From: Lophium mytilinum
Lineage: Eukaryota
Length of the DNA: 31,960 nt
Direction: 5' to 3'
Assembly: GCA_010093605.1 (NCBI GenBank)
Contig: MU004193.1
Location: forward strand, 310,001-341,960
Shown: positions 1 to 10,264 of the stretch, piece after piece
How the letters are laid out: the number at the start of each line of letters is the position of its first letter
How positions within the stretch are numbered: position 1 is the stretch's first letter
Program-made: the position numbers and the translations under genes
The notes under the pieces: generated by a model
Seen by the model: only the letters and a program-made list of their open reading frames with translations
The model's database searches: none
Told to the model about the DNA's origin: nothing

Positions 1-906
1 ATTAAGTATATATCTATAAAAATAGATATAGAAAAAAACTAGAATAGAAGATTAATATTCTCTTCTCTTCTAAATCCTCTTAATCTTAGTATAGAGAATA
101 TATATAGGCCTTACTATTTTCTTAGAAACTAGAGATATATATTTTTCTAAGCTAGAAGTAAAGGTCTAAGAAGAATTAACTAAGTAGAAGAAGATAGTCT
201 AGGTTCTAATACTAATATATCTAGTATAGGGAGGGGAATCTAGATAATAAGAACTAGAAGAAGGTAGAGAAGGTAGAGAAGAACTAGAAGTAGGGGAAGA
301 TATAGAAGTAGAAGAGGTAGTAGAAAAAGAGTAAAAAGAAGCTCTAAAAAGAAATAGAAAAGAAAAGAAAAAAAATAAAACTTTAGAAATAATAATAAAA
401 GATAAATTAGATTAAACTAGAACTAGAGTAGAAACCTTATCTTTAGAACTAGATTTCTTAGAAAGTTCTTATACTTCCCTTCTTCTAAAAGTATTAGGTC
501 TAGTTTTAATCTTAGAAGAATCTAAAGAAAGAGTAGCTTTCTAAGAAGATAGAGCTTTAGATAATCTAGAAGTATTATAAGATTTATATTATATCTATCT
601 TCTATTACTATAGGCCTAGAGATAGTTAAGAAGACTCTAATTATAGTTAGAAGTAGGCTTATAATTAGGTAAAATATTAAAAGGGAAAGAAAGAGCTAGT
701 GCTAGAGGAGTTAATATAGCTATAGTAAAAAAGGTAGAAATAATTAGTATAGCTAGAGAGTTATCTAGAAGGTCTAGAAGGCTATTAGAAATAGTAGGGC
801 TTAGAGAAGTAGGTAATAGTAGCGGAAAATTATCTAAAGTAGGCTAAGAAGAGAAGTAAAGAAACTCTTAAGGAGTCTATATTAGAGAGCTTAGTAGTAC
901 TAATAT
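1..906 (-). pseudogene. RIP-degraded Ser/Pro-rich ORF relic downstream of copia pol, open past the window edge
   Basis: One frame from ~906 to 1 reads as coding (runs of TCT/CCT/ACT/CTA codons, e.g. 'SSPTSSSSLPSLPSSSS'). Its stops are TAA/TAG, the type RIP creates. Confidence 0.6.
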
Positions 907-1281
907 TTTAGTATACTTTTTATTAAGATTAGTTAAAGATTAAAAGAGTTATAATTTTTTAAAAGTTAGAAAAATTTAACTTAGTAGTTTTAGGTGCTAA
1001 ATTTAGATTCTAGTGCGACTTTAAGAATTTAGAGAAGTAGAAATTATTAAGTAGTAGAAGTTCTAATATACCTAGCACTTAGTTATTAATAGATAGTATC
1101 TTAGTATACTTAGTAGAAATTTTCTTAATAAAAATTTATATATAGAAAATATAATTCTAAGACTAATTTTTAGTAGCTTAGTATAAATTATATAGAGAAG
1201 TTAAATATTACTCTAATTAGGCTAAGAATTTAAACATGCATAGCTAGAGTATTAACTTTCCCCCTTATCTAGAGAGAAAGT

Positions 1282-4200
1282 TTATTTAAGTCCTAGAGCT
1301 TATCTAAAGAGTAAGAAATAGTTCTTTAAAAGTGCCTTTATAAGACTATTAGCTACCTATTAGTTAGTTAGAATAAATTTAAGGTCTATAGTATTATTAG
1401 CAACTTTTTTCTAAATATAGTAGTATTAGATAGTAATATATTTTAACCTAGAGTAGAACTATAGGTTCTTTACTAGTGTAATAGCTTCTTAGTTATTACT
1501 ATAGATAATAGTAGCTGCTAGAACTTCTTCTATAGCTAGTAATTTTTAGAGAAGAGAGCGTAGCTATATAGCTTTCTTAGTAGCTTAAGTTTCTTTTATA
1601 TATTCTACTTTATATAAAGAGAGAGTAATAACGGTTTACTATTTAGATAACTAACTAATAACTCTACTTCTAATACTAAAAATATATCTAGCTATAGACT
1701 AATATATAGCTTAATTACCGGCCTAATTAGAATTAGTATATTTAATAAGTAGCTAAAGTAGTCCCTTATATATAAGCTTAAGGTTAAGAGTCCCCCTTAG
1801 ATAGTATATAATATATTTTATAGCTTTAATATATACTATAGTAGGGTTTATAAGGTATTAGCTATATATAAATACTAAAAATATAATATTAGATTAAGTT
1901 CTAAGTATAGTATATATAAGAAAGCTAATTACTTTTATATACTAGAATTAATTAGCTTCTAATATAGTATAGCCGTCTTTAGCTAGGTCTATATTACCGG
2001 TTTCTATTAGGGTAGCTATAGGCTTTCTATTAGTAAGGTTAAATTTCTAAAGGACTTTAAAGAGGTACCCCCTTTAGCTAAGTACTAAGCTATAATTCTA
2101 TTAGTTACGTATAATTAATATACCTAGGTAGTAGCTATATACGCCTAGATCTAATATTTTAAAGCGCTTACTAAGAGTATCTTTAATAATCTTAATATTA
2201 GGTTTAAATAGACCTATAATAAGTAGATTATTAATATATACTATAATAAAGTTATAACCCTTTAAAAAGACTTCTAAGTTAGAATCTAGCAGAGAGAAGC
2301 CTAAGCCTTTAAGAAAAGTAGTAAGTATATAATACTAGATTCTAGGCAATTATTTTAATCTATAGAGAGCTTTCTTTAGATAGTAGACTTTATATATATT
2401 ATCTTCTATACTATAGAGTTACTTAATATAGATTTCTTCTTTAATATTACTATATAAGAAGGCGGTTTTAACATCTATTTACTTAATTTCTAGGTCTAGG
2501 GCAGCGGCTATTATAAAGATTATTTTATAGCTTATAGATTTAACTATAAAAGTAAAGGTTTTATTATAATTTATACCTTCTTCTTACTTAAATCCGCGGA
2601 CAACCTATTAGGCTTTATATTATATAACTTTACTATTAGGTCCGCGCTTAAGTTTATATACCTATTTACTATAGAGAATTTATTAGTATAGTAGAGCGTT
2701 AACTAGGTTCTAGATACTATTAGTAATTAGTAACGCTATTTCTTCTTTTATAGCCTTCTTCTATTCTTACTATATAGAGTTAGACTATGCCTAGCTAATT
2801 ATTTTTAGTTTAAATAGTTCTTCCGCAGCTATACTAATAAGTATAAAGAGCCTATATAGATTTTATAGTACATTCTTAGTCTATAATTCTTTATTTTTAT
2901 AATTTAAAACGCGTAGTTCCGGGTAGTTTAAAAGTACTTTAGCTAGTAGTTTATAGAGAATATCTAAAATAAAGATTTCTAGTAGTCCTATTATAGGTTT
3001 AACTAGGTTTCTAGAACTATAATAATCTAGCTCGCGTCTAGTTATAGAATTTAGTTAGAGAGGTAGCTGCCTAGGTACTTACCTAGGTAGCTACTATAGT
3101 AGTGCGGCCGGCCTTAGCTATATAGGTGCTTATCTAGGTAGTAGTTATATAGGTAGTTATATAGCTACTTATATTCTAGGCTAAGAAGAAGAAGGTCTTA
3201 CCTCTAGACTTAGTACTTAGTTAGGTTAAATAGTTAATTTAGAGCCTTAATAGTCTAAGTTATTTATATTATCTTAGTTAACTAATATATTATAGAGGGA
3301 ATCTAGTAAGTATTCTCTAGCTAGTAACTAGTTTTAGCGCGTAATAGGCCGTCTCTTTACTTTAGAAGGTGTAATAGCTAGCGTTATATCTTTCTCTATT
3401 AGTTTAGTAGAAGGTTTAAGTTCTTCTATATTACTTATTAGTAATTAAGCGCGTTTTTATTATTTAAATAGTAGAGAAGCTATAAAAGATTTCTCTTTTT
3501 CTTCTATTATCTAATTATCTAGAAAGGTAATATATAGTAGATATTCTATAAAGATAAAATTTTTTACTATAATAATATAGTTATTTTAGTTTAGTAGGCG
3601 GTAGTTTTATCCTCTAGAATATCCTACTAAAATATAGTCCTCTAAGTAGAAAAACCCTAGTTTCTTTTACTTAGCTTCTACTTTAAGGACGTAGCATCTA
3701 CTACCTATTACTTATAACTAGTTAAGATAAGAAATATTACCCGTTTATACTTTATAAGAAGTAGTAGGTATTACTAAGCTAGGGCTTTAATTTCTAATTA
3801 TAACGGCGGCTTATAATACCTTAGGCTAGTATATTTTTAAGAGGCTAGATTATATAAGTATAGAGTTTATTTTACTAAGAAGTATATAGTTAATTACTTT
3901 AGCTATACTATTTAACTAATACTAGTCTTATCTAGTTATCTTAAGAAGGATACCTTTATCTTTATAGAAGTTCTAAACTAGTCCTAATATATTTTTACCG
4001 GCCTAATCTATTTATATCTAATAGATTCGCTATTTATAAGTTTTATACATATTAGCTAGAAGCTTTAAGTAAAAGAAGAATTTACTTTTTATTCTTAGCG
4101 GCCACGCCTAAAGCATTTATATTTTATTATAGATAAAAGTAACCTAATATCTATATCTATTATATGCTATTTTAAAAGGTCTAGATATATCTATATAGAT

Positions 4201-5880
4201 AAATTTAAAAGGGAATTCTCCTTACTTATTATACTAATTATAGGGTTCTACTTTTATTCTTTCTTAGATATAAGGTTTATATAAGCATCCTTTTAGTATA
4301 GGTTTTATCCCGGTAGATATTATTTTTAGCTTCTAGATTACTTAGTCGCCTAGGTAGCCTAATTATTTATACTAAATTTAATTATTTTAGTTACTAATCT
4401 AGTATGCAGCTATACTAATTTATATTAGCTATTAAAGGTTTAGAATATAGACTCTATTATATTTAGGTACTAGAAAAGTATTATCTTCTTAGGTAATATT
4501 AGCCCTGTTAGAATTAAAAGAGACACTAGTTTTAATCTAAAGGAGCTAGGAGATAGAAACTAGATTATATTCTAGCGTAGAAATATAGAGAGTATCTTTA
4601 AGAAGTAGTATAGTCTTCTTTCTATTACTCTAGTATTTAAGCCTAATAGTTCTAATAGATTTAGGTTAGAGGTAAGATTCTTTAATACCTTTAAGGCTAG
4701 GTTTTAAGTAGCTATATAGTATAGATAGTATAAATATATTATAGAAGCTAGAGTAGTAAGTAGAATAACTAGTATCTAGTAGCTAGATATTTTATAGGCT
4801 AGTAGTAGATTCTTTTACTATAGTTATAATATATAAGATTTCTTCTAGAAACTAGAAGGCTAGAATAGTAGTATAAGTAGTTCTATTATTATCCTTAGCC
4901 TTTTTATTACTAGAGAATCTATCTTCTTTCTATTATTATTTCCGGGTTTTAAACGCAAGGCGTTATTCTAGATATAGCTTAAAATAATTTTCTATAGTAT
5001 AATATATTTTACTATAGTAGAAATATTTTTTAAAGTTAGTTTCTTTATATTCTTTTAGTGCCCTAGCACTCTTTAAATAGATTAATTTAGCGGCTACTAT
5101 AGCTATATTATTACCCTTATAGTTCTTTTAAAGTTTCTTCTTATAGACGGCGGCTTAAATAGTAGTTCTAAAAGTAACTAGTTCTTCTAGAATAATACTA
5201 TCTTTATCTTAGAGTGGGATAAGGGTTTATTTCTAGCTAAATACTATTTTAAATACACGCTAGCTAGGTCTAAGTCCCTTAAGAAATTATATTAAGAGAT
5301 AGACCTTATTTTATATAAAGCGTAGGTTTAGTATATATATCTCTATAAACGCTTCTTATAGTTTCTCTATATAGTTCTTAATTTCTTTATAGTTAGTAAG
5401 AGTAATAGTAGTAAACTTCTTTCTTAGTAATATAAATTCTACGCTTCTAGTAGGGTAAAAGTAGCAGTTAAGTATTACTAGAATATTATAGGTAGTATTA
5501 ACTCTAGTAATTTTATTATATATATTAGTCCCGCATTAATTTTAAATAGAAGAGTATACTCTTTCTTATTTATCTTTCTATATATCTAGTAAGGGCTAGA
5601 GAGTAATTATTACTTATTTAAGATTATCTTTAAAGAGTTGTAACTTATTTATATATACTATCTATTATACTACTATTAGATTTATACCTAGTTCTACTAG
5701 AGGGTTTACTTTTATTACTAACTCTAGTTTATACTAGTAGCGGTATAGTAGAGACCTGTAACTATTTATTATAATCTAGTTATAAATTTCCCTTTTCTAT
5801 ATATTCTATCTATTAGAAGACTCTAGCTTCTTAATTTTATCTACTCTAGCTACAGCTATAATACTATCCTTAGTAGATAT
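1282..5880 (-). pseudogene. copia gag-pol polyprotein relic (~1532 codons)
   Basis: Probable start ATA (RIP of ATG) at 5880, 'MSTKDSIIAVARVDKIKKLE'; end 'ALGLK*' with TAA at 1284-1282. The span is 4599 nt, a multiple of 3, with many RIP stops. Confidence 0.85.
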
Positions 5881-6794
5881 AGTAGAGAGATAGAGAGGGT
5901 ATATAGCTTATAGTAGAGTTAAAAGAAATTTAAAGAATAGATATAGGTAGGTTAGATATATCTAGTAACTAGTTTATTAGTAACGGAGGTAATTATAGTA
6001 GAGGAGAAGACGTAGGCGTATTAATAGCTAATCTAGTAGATAAAGGGGTTTTAATAGAGAGCCTCTAAATATTAGTACTACTAGTAGTAAAGAGAGAGTT
6101 AGTAGTTATATAGCCTTTAGAAATAACTTTATCTAGTCTCTTTTTATAAATATAGTTAGTATTATTAATATTATCTTTAAGAAAAAGAGTGTTATAGTTA
6201 TTAAAGATTTTAGATAATCTAGAAAATTAAGTTTAATTAAGTATTTAATAGATATAAGTATAAGTAGGTTTAAGAGAATACTTATATAGATTATATCTTA
6301 TCTAAGAAGTAGATAACTTAAAAGTAGGTAATTTTATATTAAGAGAGAAGGGGTGCCTTTTTAATACTTTATTACTAAGTAAGTAGCTAGTAATATAAGT
6401 AGAGAGTTAAGAGTAGCTTATATACTAATTTAGAATTAATATTATAAAAGTAGGTATAGTCTTATCTAGAGTTACTAGTTTCTACTAGTATTAATAGTAA
6501 AACTACCCCTTAGCCTAATTTTTAATTTTAAAATAAGGTAGCTAGAAGATAGTTAGTTTCTAACTACCTTCTTTTTTCTAGTTTATATTTTAGTATAGAG
6601 CTAGAAGAATCTAGATAGAACTTATTAGTAATTAAGGTAGTTAGGTAGCTTAGAGCTAGCCTAGCCTTCTACTTATTTCTATCTAAAAGGGGCTACGTAG
6701 TAAAGATAAATAATATTTATTATTTTACCCCTAATAAGGTTTTAGTAAAGCGGGTTTTTAGTATATTAGATAGTACTTAGCTTATTATAAACCC

Positions 6795-6806
6795 GGGCTT
6801 ATAACC
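6795..6806 (-). promoter_or_regulatory. copia primer-binding site GGTTAT(G>A)AGCCC
   Basis: Minus strand reads ...TTAACA|GGTTATAAGCCC directly after the LTR end. This is one RIP change from the GGTTATGAGCCC initiator-tRNA-Met half-molecule PBS known from copia/Ty5-type elements. Confidence 0.85.
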
Positions 6807-6936
6807 TGTTAAAAGGAATACTAAGTTAATTAATTAACCTAGGTAGAGGGGGAATAGGGCTATCTATATATCCAACCCTAAGCCTAATTTCTCTTATGTT
6901 GAAACACTAGTTAGCCTAAGCTAACTACTTCCAACA
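6807..6936 (-). repeat. 5' LTR of the copia element (130 bp)
   Basis: Minus strand starts TGTTGGAA and ends TTTTAACA (TG...CA with short terminal inverted repeat). It abuts the PBS and marks the switch to non-RIP sequence. Confidence 0.8.
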
Positions 6937-7247
6937 ATAAATTCTTTGCAATGTATTAGGCTTGCAAGCCTCGTCGACAGTCGTAGAGAGATGTTAAATG
7001 GAGGAACAAATAACTGCACCCGTGGCTTCCTTTGCCCGTTTTACTGAGCCTCTAAAGTACGTTAATCGAATTTTAATATCTAAAGAACGCTGATTTAGCG
7101 CAATTATTGTAATGCGGTAGCTCGTCCGAGTCGCAAGACACGATGCTGGCAAACATATTGATATCTGGCTTCCTTTCATTTCGCAATCATTTCTGTTGAA
7201 CGCTTCATCAATGCGTGTATGTACTAGGTATCCGTTACCGATCATTT

Positions 7248-8143
7248 TTAGCGCATTTCCACTCCTTCCATCCCTTCAGTAATCGTCATCACCGCCGGCC
7301 CGCCCACAGATGCCTCCTTGAGCTTCCTGGCCAGGTCTTCAAATCTCCTTCGCTGCTCATCCTCTGAAGGCCCCTGGTATCCCAGCTTACTCGTCAAAGT
7401 GGACACATCCTCTCCAACCTCGTGTAGCAAAGCTCTGCCTGATTCGTCCACGCAAATCGTACGAGCAAGATGCTCGAAAAATTCCAAAACACCGTCATTC
7501 CATAGTTCATTTTGCTCTAATATGTGAAGATGTGCTCGACCGCTTTCCGCACTCCCGTCAACCAGAGTTCATGTTCGTTCCCTTCGCCTACGCTAAGCAA
7601 GTAGAGATCGCAGAGAACGCCAAGCTTAAGAAAATTGTCGAGGCGAAAGTACTCGAACGGCTTTCCTTTCGGCCAGGCTTCCTCCGATGGATAGTTTATC
7701 TGACGAAACATGGCAAGTTGTATGTCAGAGTTGTACAGCGGGTCAGCGACCTGATAGAGGCGCCGAAAGAGACGAGCAGGCAATCCGACGCGGTGCGCTG
7801 AATCAGACACACTTTGCTCGATTTTTGGCTCAATACAGTCAAGCACTAGCCCTCCGACATATTCTCCACATCGTGGATGCATCTTTTTATCGGGGCCACT
7901 CGTAGAATGTACGTGGATGTCGCAGGCGAGAAGGTGCGCTAAGAACGTGACGGTGTCGTCGCTCAAGGGATCTGGTAACTCGGGAATTAGTGTTTTCAAG
8001 TAGTTCTCCAGGCGGGACCCAATCTGGTAAACACACTCGTCCGTGTTATCCTAGGTGCATGTTTTCCATGGTATGGGTTTCTTAATGATGCTGGGGAATG
8101 ATGACAACGTGGATTTCTGATGATGGCGATCGTTGGAAAACAT
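7248..8143 (-). pseudogene. Paralog A of the unknown family; ~298 aa if repaired; in-frame TAG at 8053-8051 and 1-nt frameshift at ~7518
   Basis: ATG 8143 gives MFSNDRHHQKSTLSSFPSIIKKPIPWKTCT*DNTDECVYQIGSRLENYLKTLIPEL, running into track ORF 7517-7999. Adding one base at 'TAT TA GAG' gives ...HIFTYxEQNELWNDGVLEFFEHL, joining track ORF 7248-7487. The product is colinear with paralog B over its full length. Confidence 0.88.
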
Positions 8144-8333
8144 TAGGTGGGACAAGGGGACTTCTTATCAATCGTACGTCTCTTTGAATTGTCACCCAGA
8201 AACTTCTTGCACCTTACAGTAAAACCAATGTTTGTGAGAAGGGAAGAAGGTGGTGTACCACCTGCGTAATTCCCTGTCGGGCCGTAACAGCTTCTGAGGC
8301 TACCTACCAGACATCACATACCGAAAACCCCTA

Positions 8334-9218
8334 TTACATTTCCAGTTCGTCCTTCGCCCCATAAATCGCTACGGGCTCCCCCATAGAAGCCTTCTTCATC
8401 CTTTCAAGCATTCTCTCGATCCTGCTTTCTCGTTCATTTTTGAACACCCCTTCGCAATTTATTCTTGTCGCCAAAGATACCAGATGTTCCCCGAGCTGGC
8501 GCAACAAGGTGCATCCCCCCTCGTCTATGCCAATGGTTGATGTCATATACTTGAACAAATCGATGACCCCTTCCTCCCATTCTTGAAGCCGTTCCATATA
8601 GCTGCACAAATCCGAAGCTACCTTTCGGAGAACGTTCAACCAGCTGTCATGGTCTTCCTCGTCGCCGCGGCTCAGGACGTAAAGCTCACAAGGGAATGCG
8701 ACATCGCCCACACCTACAACTTCCGAGATGCCGCTATTGGTGGAGGTTTTCTTCTCGTACGTTTCAAGCTCCCGAAAATTTCGGAGAACAGCACCCAGGA
8801 TATGAGGGGTGTATTCCGGTTCCGCGATTTGATAGAAGCAGCGGAAAATGCGTGCCTGAAGCTTGATTAGGGAGAGCCACAAGTCCAGGTATTGTGTGTA
8901 CAGCCAGCTATCAGGCGCCATGAGTATCGTCTCTCCAATACTGAACGGGGCCTTGTCACCATCGGGGTCGTCCTCCTCTCGGTCCTCTCCGCTCTTGGCG
9001 TACAGATGTAAGTCACCAGCAATCAGAGCGGCGAGGAGATTGACCGCGTCATCGCTCACAGTCATAAGGCCCTCCCACGTAGGATTAACGAGCTGTGGGA
9101 GTAGTGTTTCCATGTAGTTCTGGATCCGGATTTCCATCGTGAGTAGGCACTCATATGTTGGCGAGAGATGGGTTTCTCTCCATCTTATGTATCTTGGAGG
9201 GCTGGGTTGTGGGTCCAT
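8334..9218 (-). CDS. Paralog B: hypothetical 294-aa protein of unknown, probably alpha-helical family
   Basis: Intact intronless ATG-TAA ORF. It shares motifs with both neighbours (LLAALIAGDLHL, ARIFRCFY, CELYVLS, WLNVLRKV, EWEEGVIDLF). There is an upstream TATAAAAA and no evident signal peptide. Confidence 0.9.
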   Translation of the reverse strand: MDPQPSPPRYIRWRETHLSPTYECLLTMEIRIQNYMETLLPQLVNPTWEGLMTVSDDAVNLLAALIAGDLHLYAKSGEDREEDDPDGDKAPFSIGETILMAPDSWLYTQYLDLWLSLIKLQARIFRCFYQIAEPEYTPHILGAVLRNFRELETYEKKTSTNSGISEVVGVGDVAFPCELYVLSRGDEEDHDSWLNVLRKVASDLCSYMERLQEWEEGVIDLFKYMTSTIGIDEGGCTLLRQLGEHLVSLATRINCEGVFKNERESRIERMLERMKKASMGEPVAIYGAKDELEM

Positions 9219-9490
9219 GACGACGTGAAATGCTGTTGGAGAAGATGATGTTAAAATCTGAGACGCAGCGCATGGCCATAGTTTTTATAGAGGCGGGCGT
9301 TTCTTTGAGCTCTGGCCTAGAAGCTTCGTGCTGCCTTTAGTAAGACCTCCGTTTGTTAACATACCTTCAGAATCAAGCGGATTTGCTGTTTCCAAGGATT
9401 CTTCCTTTACGATAAGAACGCACTGCTCACCTCTTACATGCTGCAAAAACCTCCACCTCCACAACCTCAAATCATTCCCTTTACGCCATC
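9219..9490. promoter_or_regulatory. 272-bp divergent intergenic region, probable bidirectional promoter
   Basis: Lies between head-to-head ATGs at 9218 (-) and 9491 (+). TATAAAAA on the minus strand at 9289-9282, ~65 nt before B; C/A/T-rich leader before C. Confidence 0.65.
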
Positions 9491-10264
9491 ATGTCCCGAG
9501 CATCGGAGACCCTCCCCGACCTTGAATCCCGCCTCGAAAGCCTCTCACCATATCTCCCAAAGCTCCTATGGAATGCCCATCAAGACGTCCTGCAATTCCA
9601 CGCCCGCCTGCTTGCGCTAGACATAACCCTCCACTCGACGCCAGACCGGCACAAGGGCGCCTTCAAGGTGGGGCAGACAGTCGTTCATGGCGCTTCTCTA
9701 CCTATGCTCGGGAAAGATGAGATGGTCAAGTGGGCAAAGATCTGCGCTCAGCACTTTCGATATCTGTATGGCGAGGTTGATCAGGACTTTAGGGAGGACG
9801 TGTGCCGAGGGATGATCGATTTGTTGCAGCAAGTCGAGCACAAAGGTCCGATATGGATTACTCATGGAATCATGATTATGCTTTGCGAATTATACGTCCT
9901 CGCTGATAATCTCGACGACAGCCTGGATCGGAGCATCTGGCTTGACGGAATGCGGAAGGTGGGAGTGGGATTGTGTAAATGGACTGATGGAGCGGGGGAA
10001 TGGAACGATGAAGCTCTAGATCTGCTCTATTACGTCGAGTTTACGTTGGGATGTAAGATGGGGGAGCAGAGGGAGGTGCGGGCGTTGTTGTTTGAACTTC
10101 TGGAACGGCTGAGGAGGCTGGCGCAGACGTTGCCGGTACCAAGAGATGCAGACTTGGTGATGAAGATCCAAGAGAGGTTGGACGAAATGCAGAAGGTGCA
10201 TAAAGTGATGGACCAGGCGGAGATGAATGAGGTGACTGCTGCTTTGCGGGATGTTGGGATTTGA
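9491..10264 (+). CDS. Paralog C: hypothetical 257-aa protein, most divergent family member
   Basis: Intact intronless ORF with good start context (CATCATGTCC). Motifs FHARLLALDITLH, AQHFRYLY, CELYVLA, WLDGMRKV and EWNDEALDLL match A and B in the same order. Confidence 0.9.
   Translation: MSRASETLPDLESRLESLSPYLPKLLWNAHQDVLQFHARLLALDITLHSTPDRHKGAFKVGQTVVHGASLPMLGKDEMVKWAKICAQHFRYLYGEVDQDFREDVCRGMIDLLQQVEHKGPIWITHGIMIMLCELYVLADNLDDSLDRSIWLDGMRKVGVGLCKWTDGAGEWNDEALDLLYYVEFTLGCKMGEQREVRALLFELLERLRRLAQTLPVPRDADLVMKIQERLDEMQKVHKVMDQAEMNEVTAALRDVGI

Larger units (their letters stand above)
1..6936 (-). mobile_element. RIP-inactivated Ty1/copia LTR retrotransposon (5' LTR, PBS, long leader, gag-pol, 3' extension running off the window)
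   Basis: Minus-strand translation with RIP reverted gives copia domain order: gag zinc knuckle (~5030-4980), protease 'WLLDTGCS' (~4787-4760), integrase (~4400-3550), RT 'KARWVVRGFEQ...QMDVKTAFL' (~2615-2455), 'KALYGLKQSPRIW' (~2372-2335), 'VYVDDLLI' (~2243-2220), RNase H 'DNQGAIALAKNP...KHI...ADGLTKAL' (~1500-1330). Inclusion of 1-1280 in the element is inferred. Confidence 0.93.

Noticed and set aside
6685..6701. AAAAGGGGCTACGTAGT as an inverted partner of the 10527-10545 repeat (TIRs around the island)
   Set aside because: Imperfect, short, inside the copia leader rather than at the island edge, and no TSD seen.
6994..7245. 83-aa minus-strand ORF right after paralog A
   Set aside because: No similarity to the family or any motif I recognise; probably the 3' UTR of A.
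7318..7905. Plus-strand ORFs 7318-7527, 7532-7801, 7687-7905
   Set aside because: Antisense shadows of paralog A, whose frame is supported by homology.
8163..8170. GATAAGAA upstream of A, also at 9411-9418 upstream of C
   Set aside because: An 8-mer GATA-like match is too weak to call shared regulation.
8583..9117. Plus-strand ORFs 8583-8870 and 8863-9117
   Set aside because: Antisense shadows of paralog B.
9285..10201. Short ORFs 9285-9470, 9328-9525, 9438-9620, 10016-10201
   Set aside because: 60-65 aa, overlapping the promoter or gene C, with no supporting features.
8334..10264. Identification as RCD-1/gasdermin, Spok, DOC, HET-domain, MIF4G or secreted Avr effector
   Set aside because: No recognisable motifs of those families. 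There is no signal peptide or effector-like Cys pattern. The CELY resemblance to MIF4G 'GELY' is too short to call.
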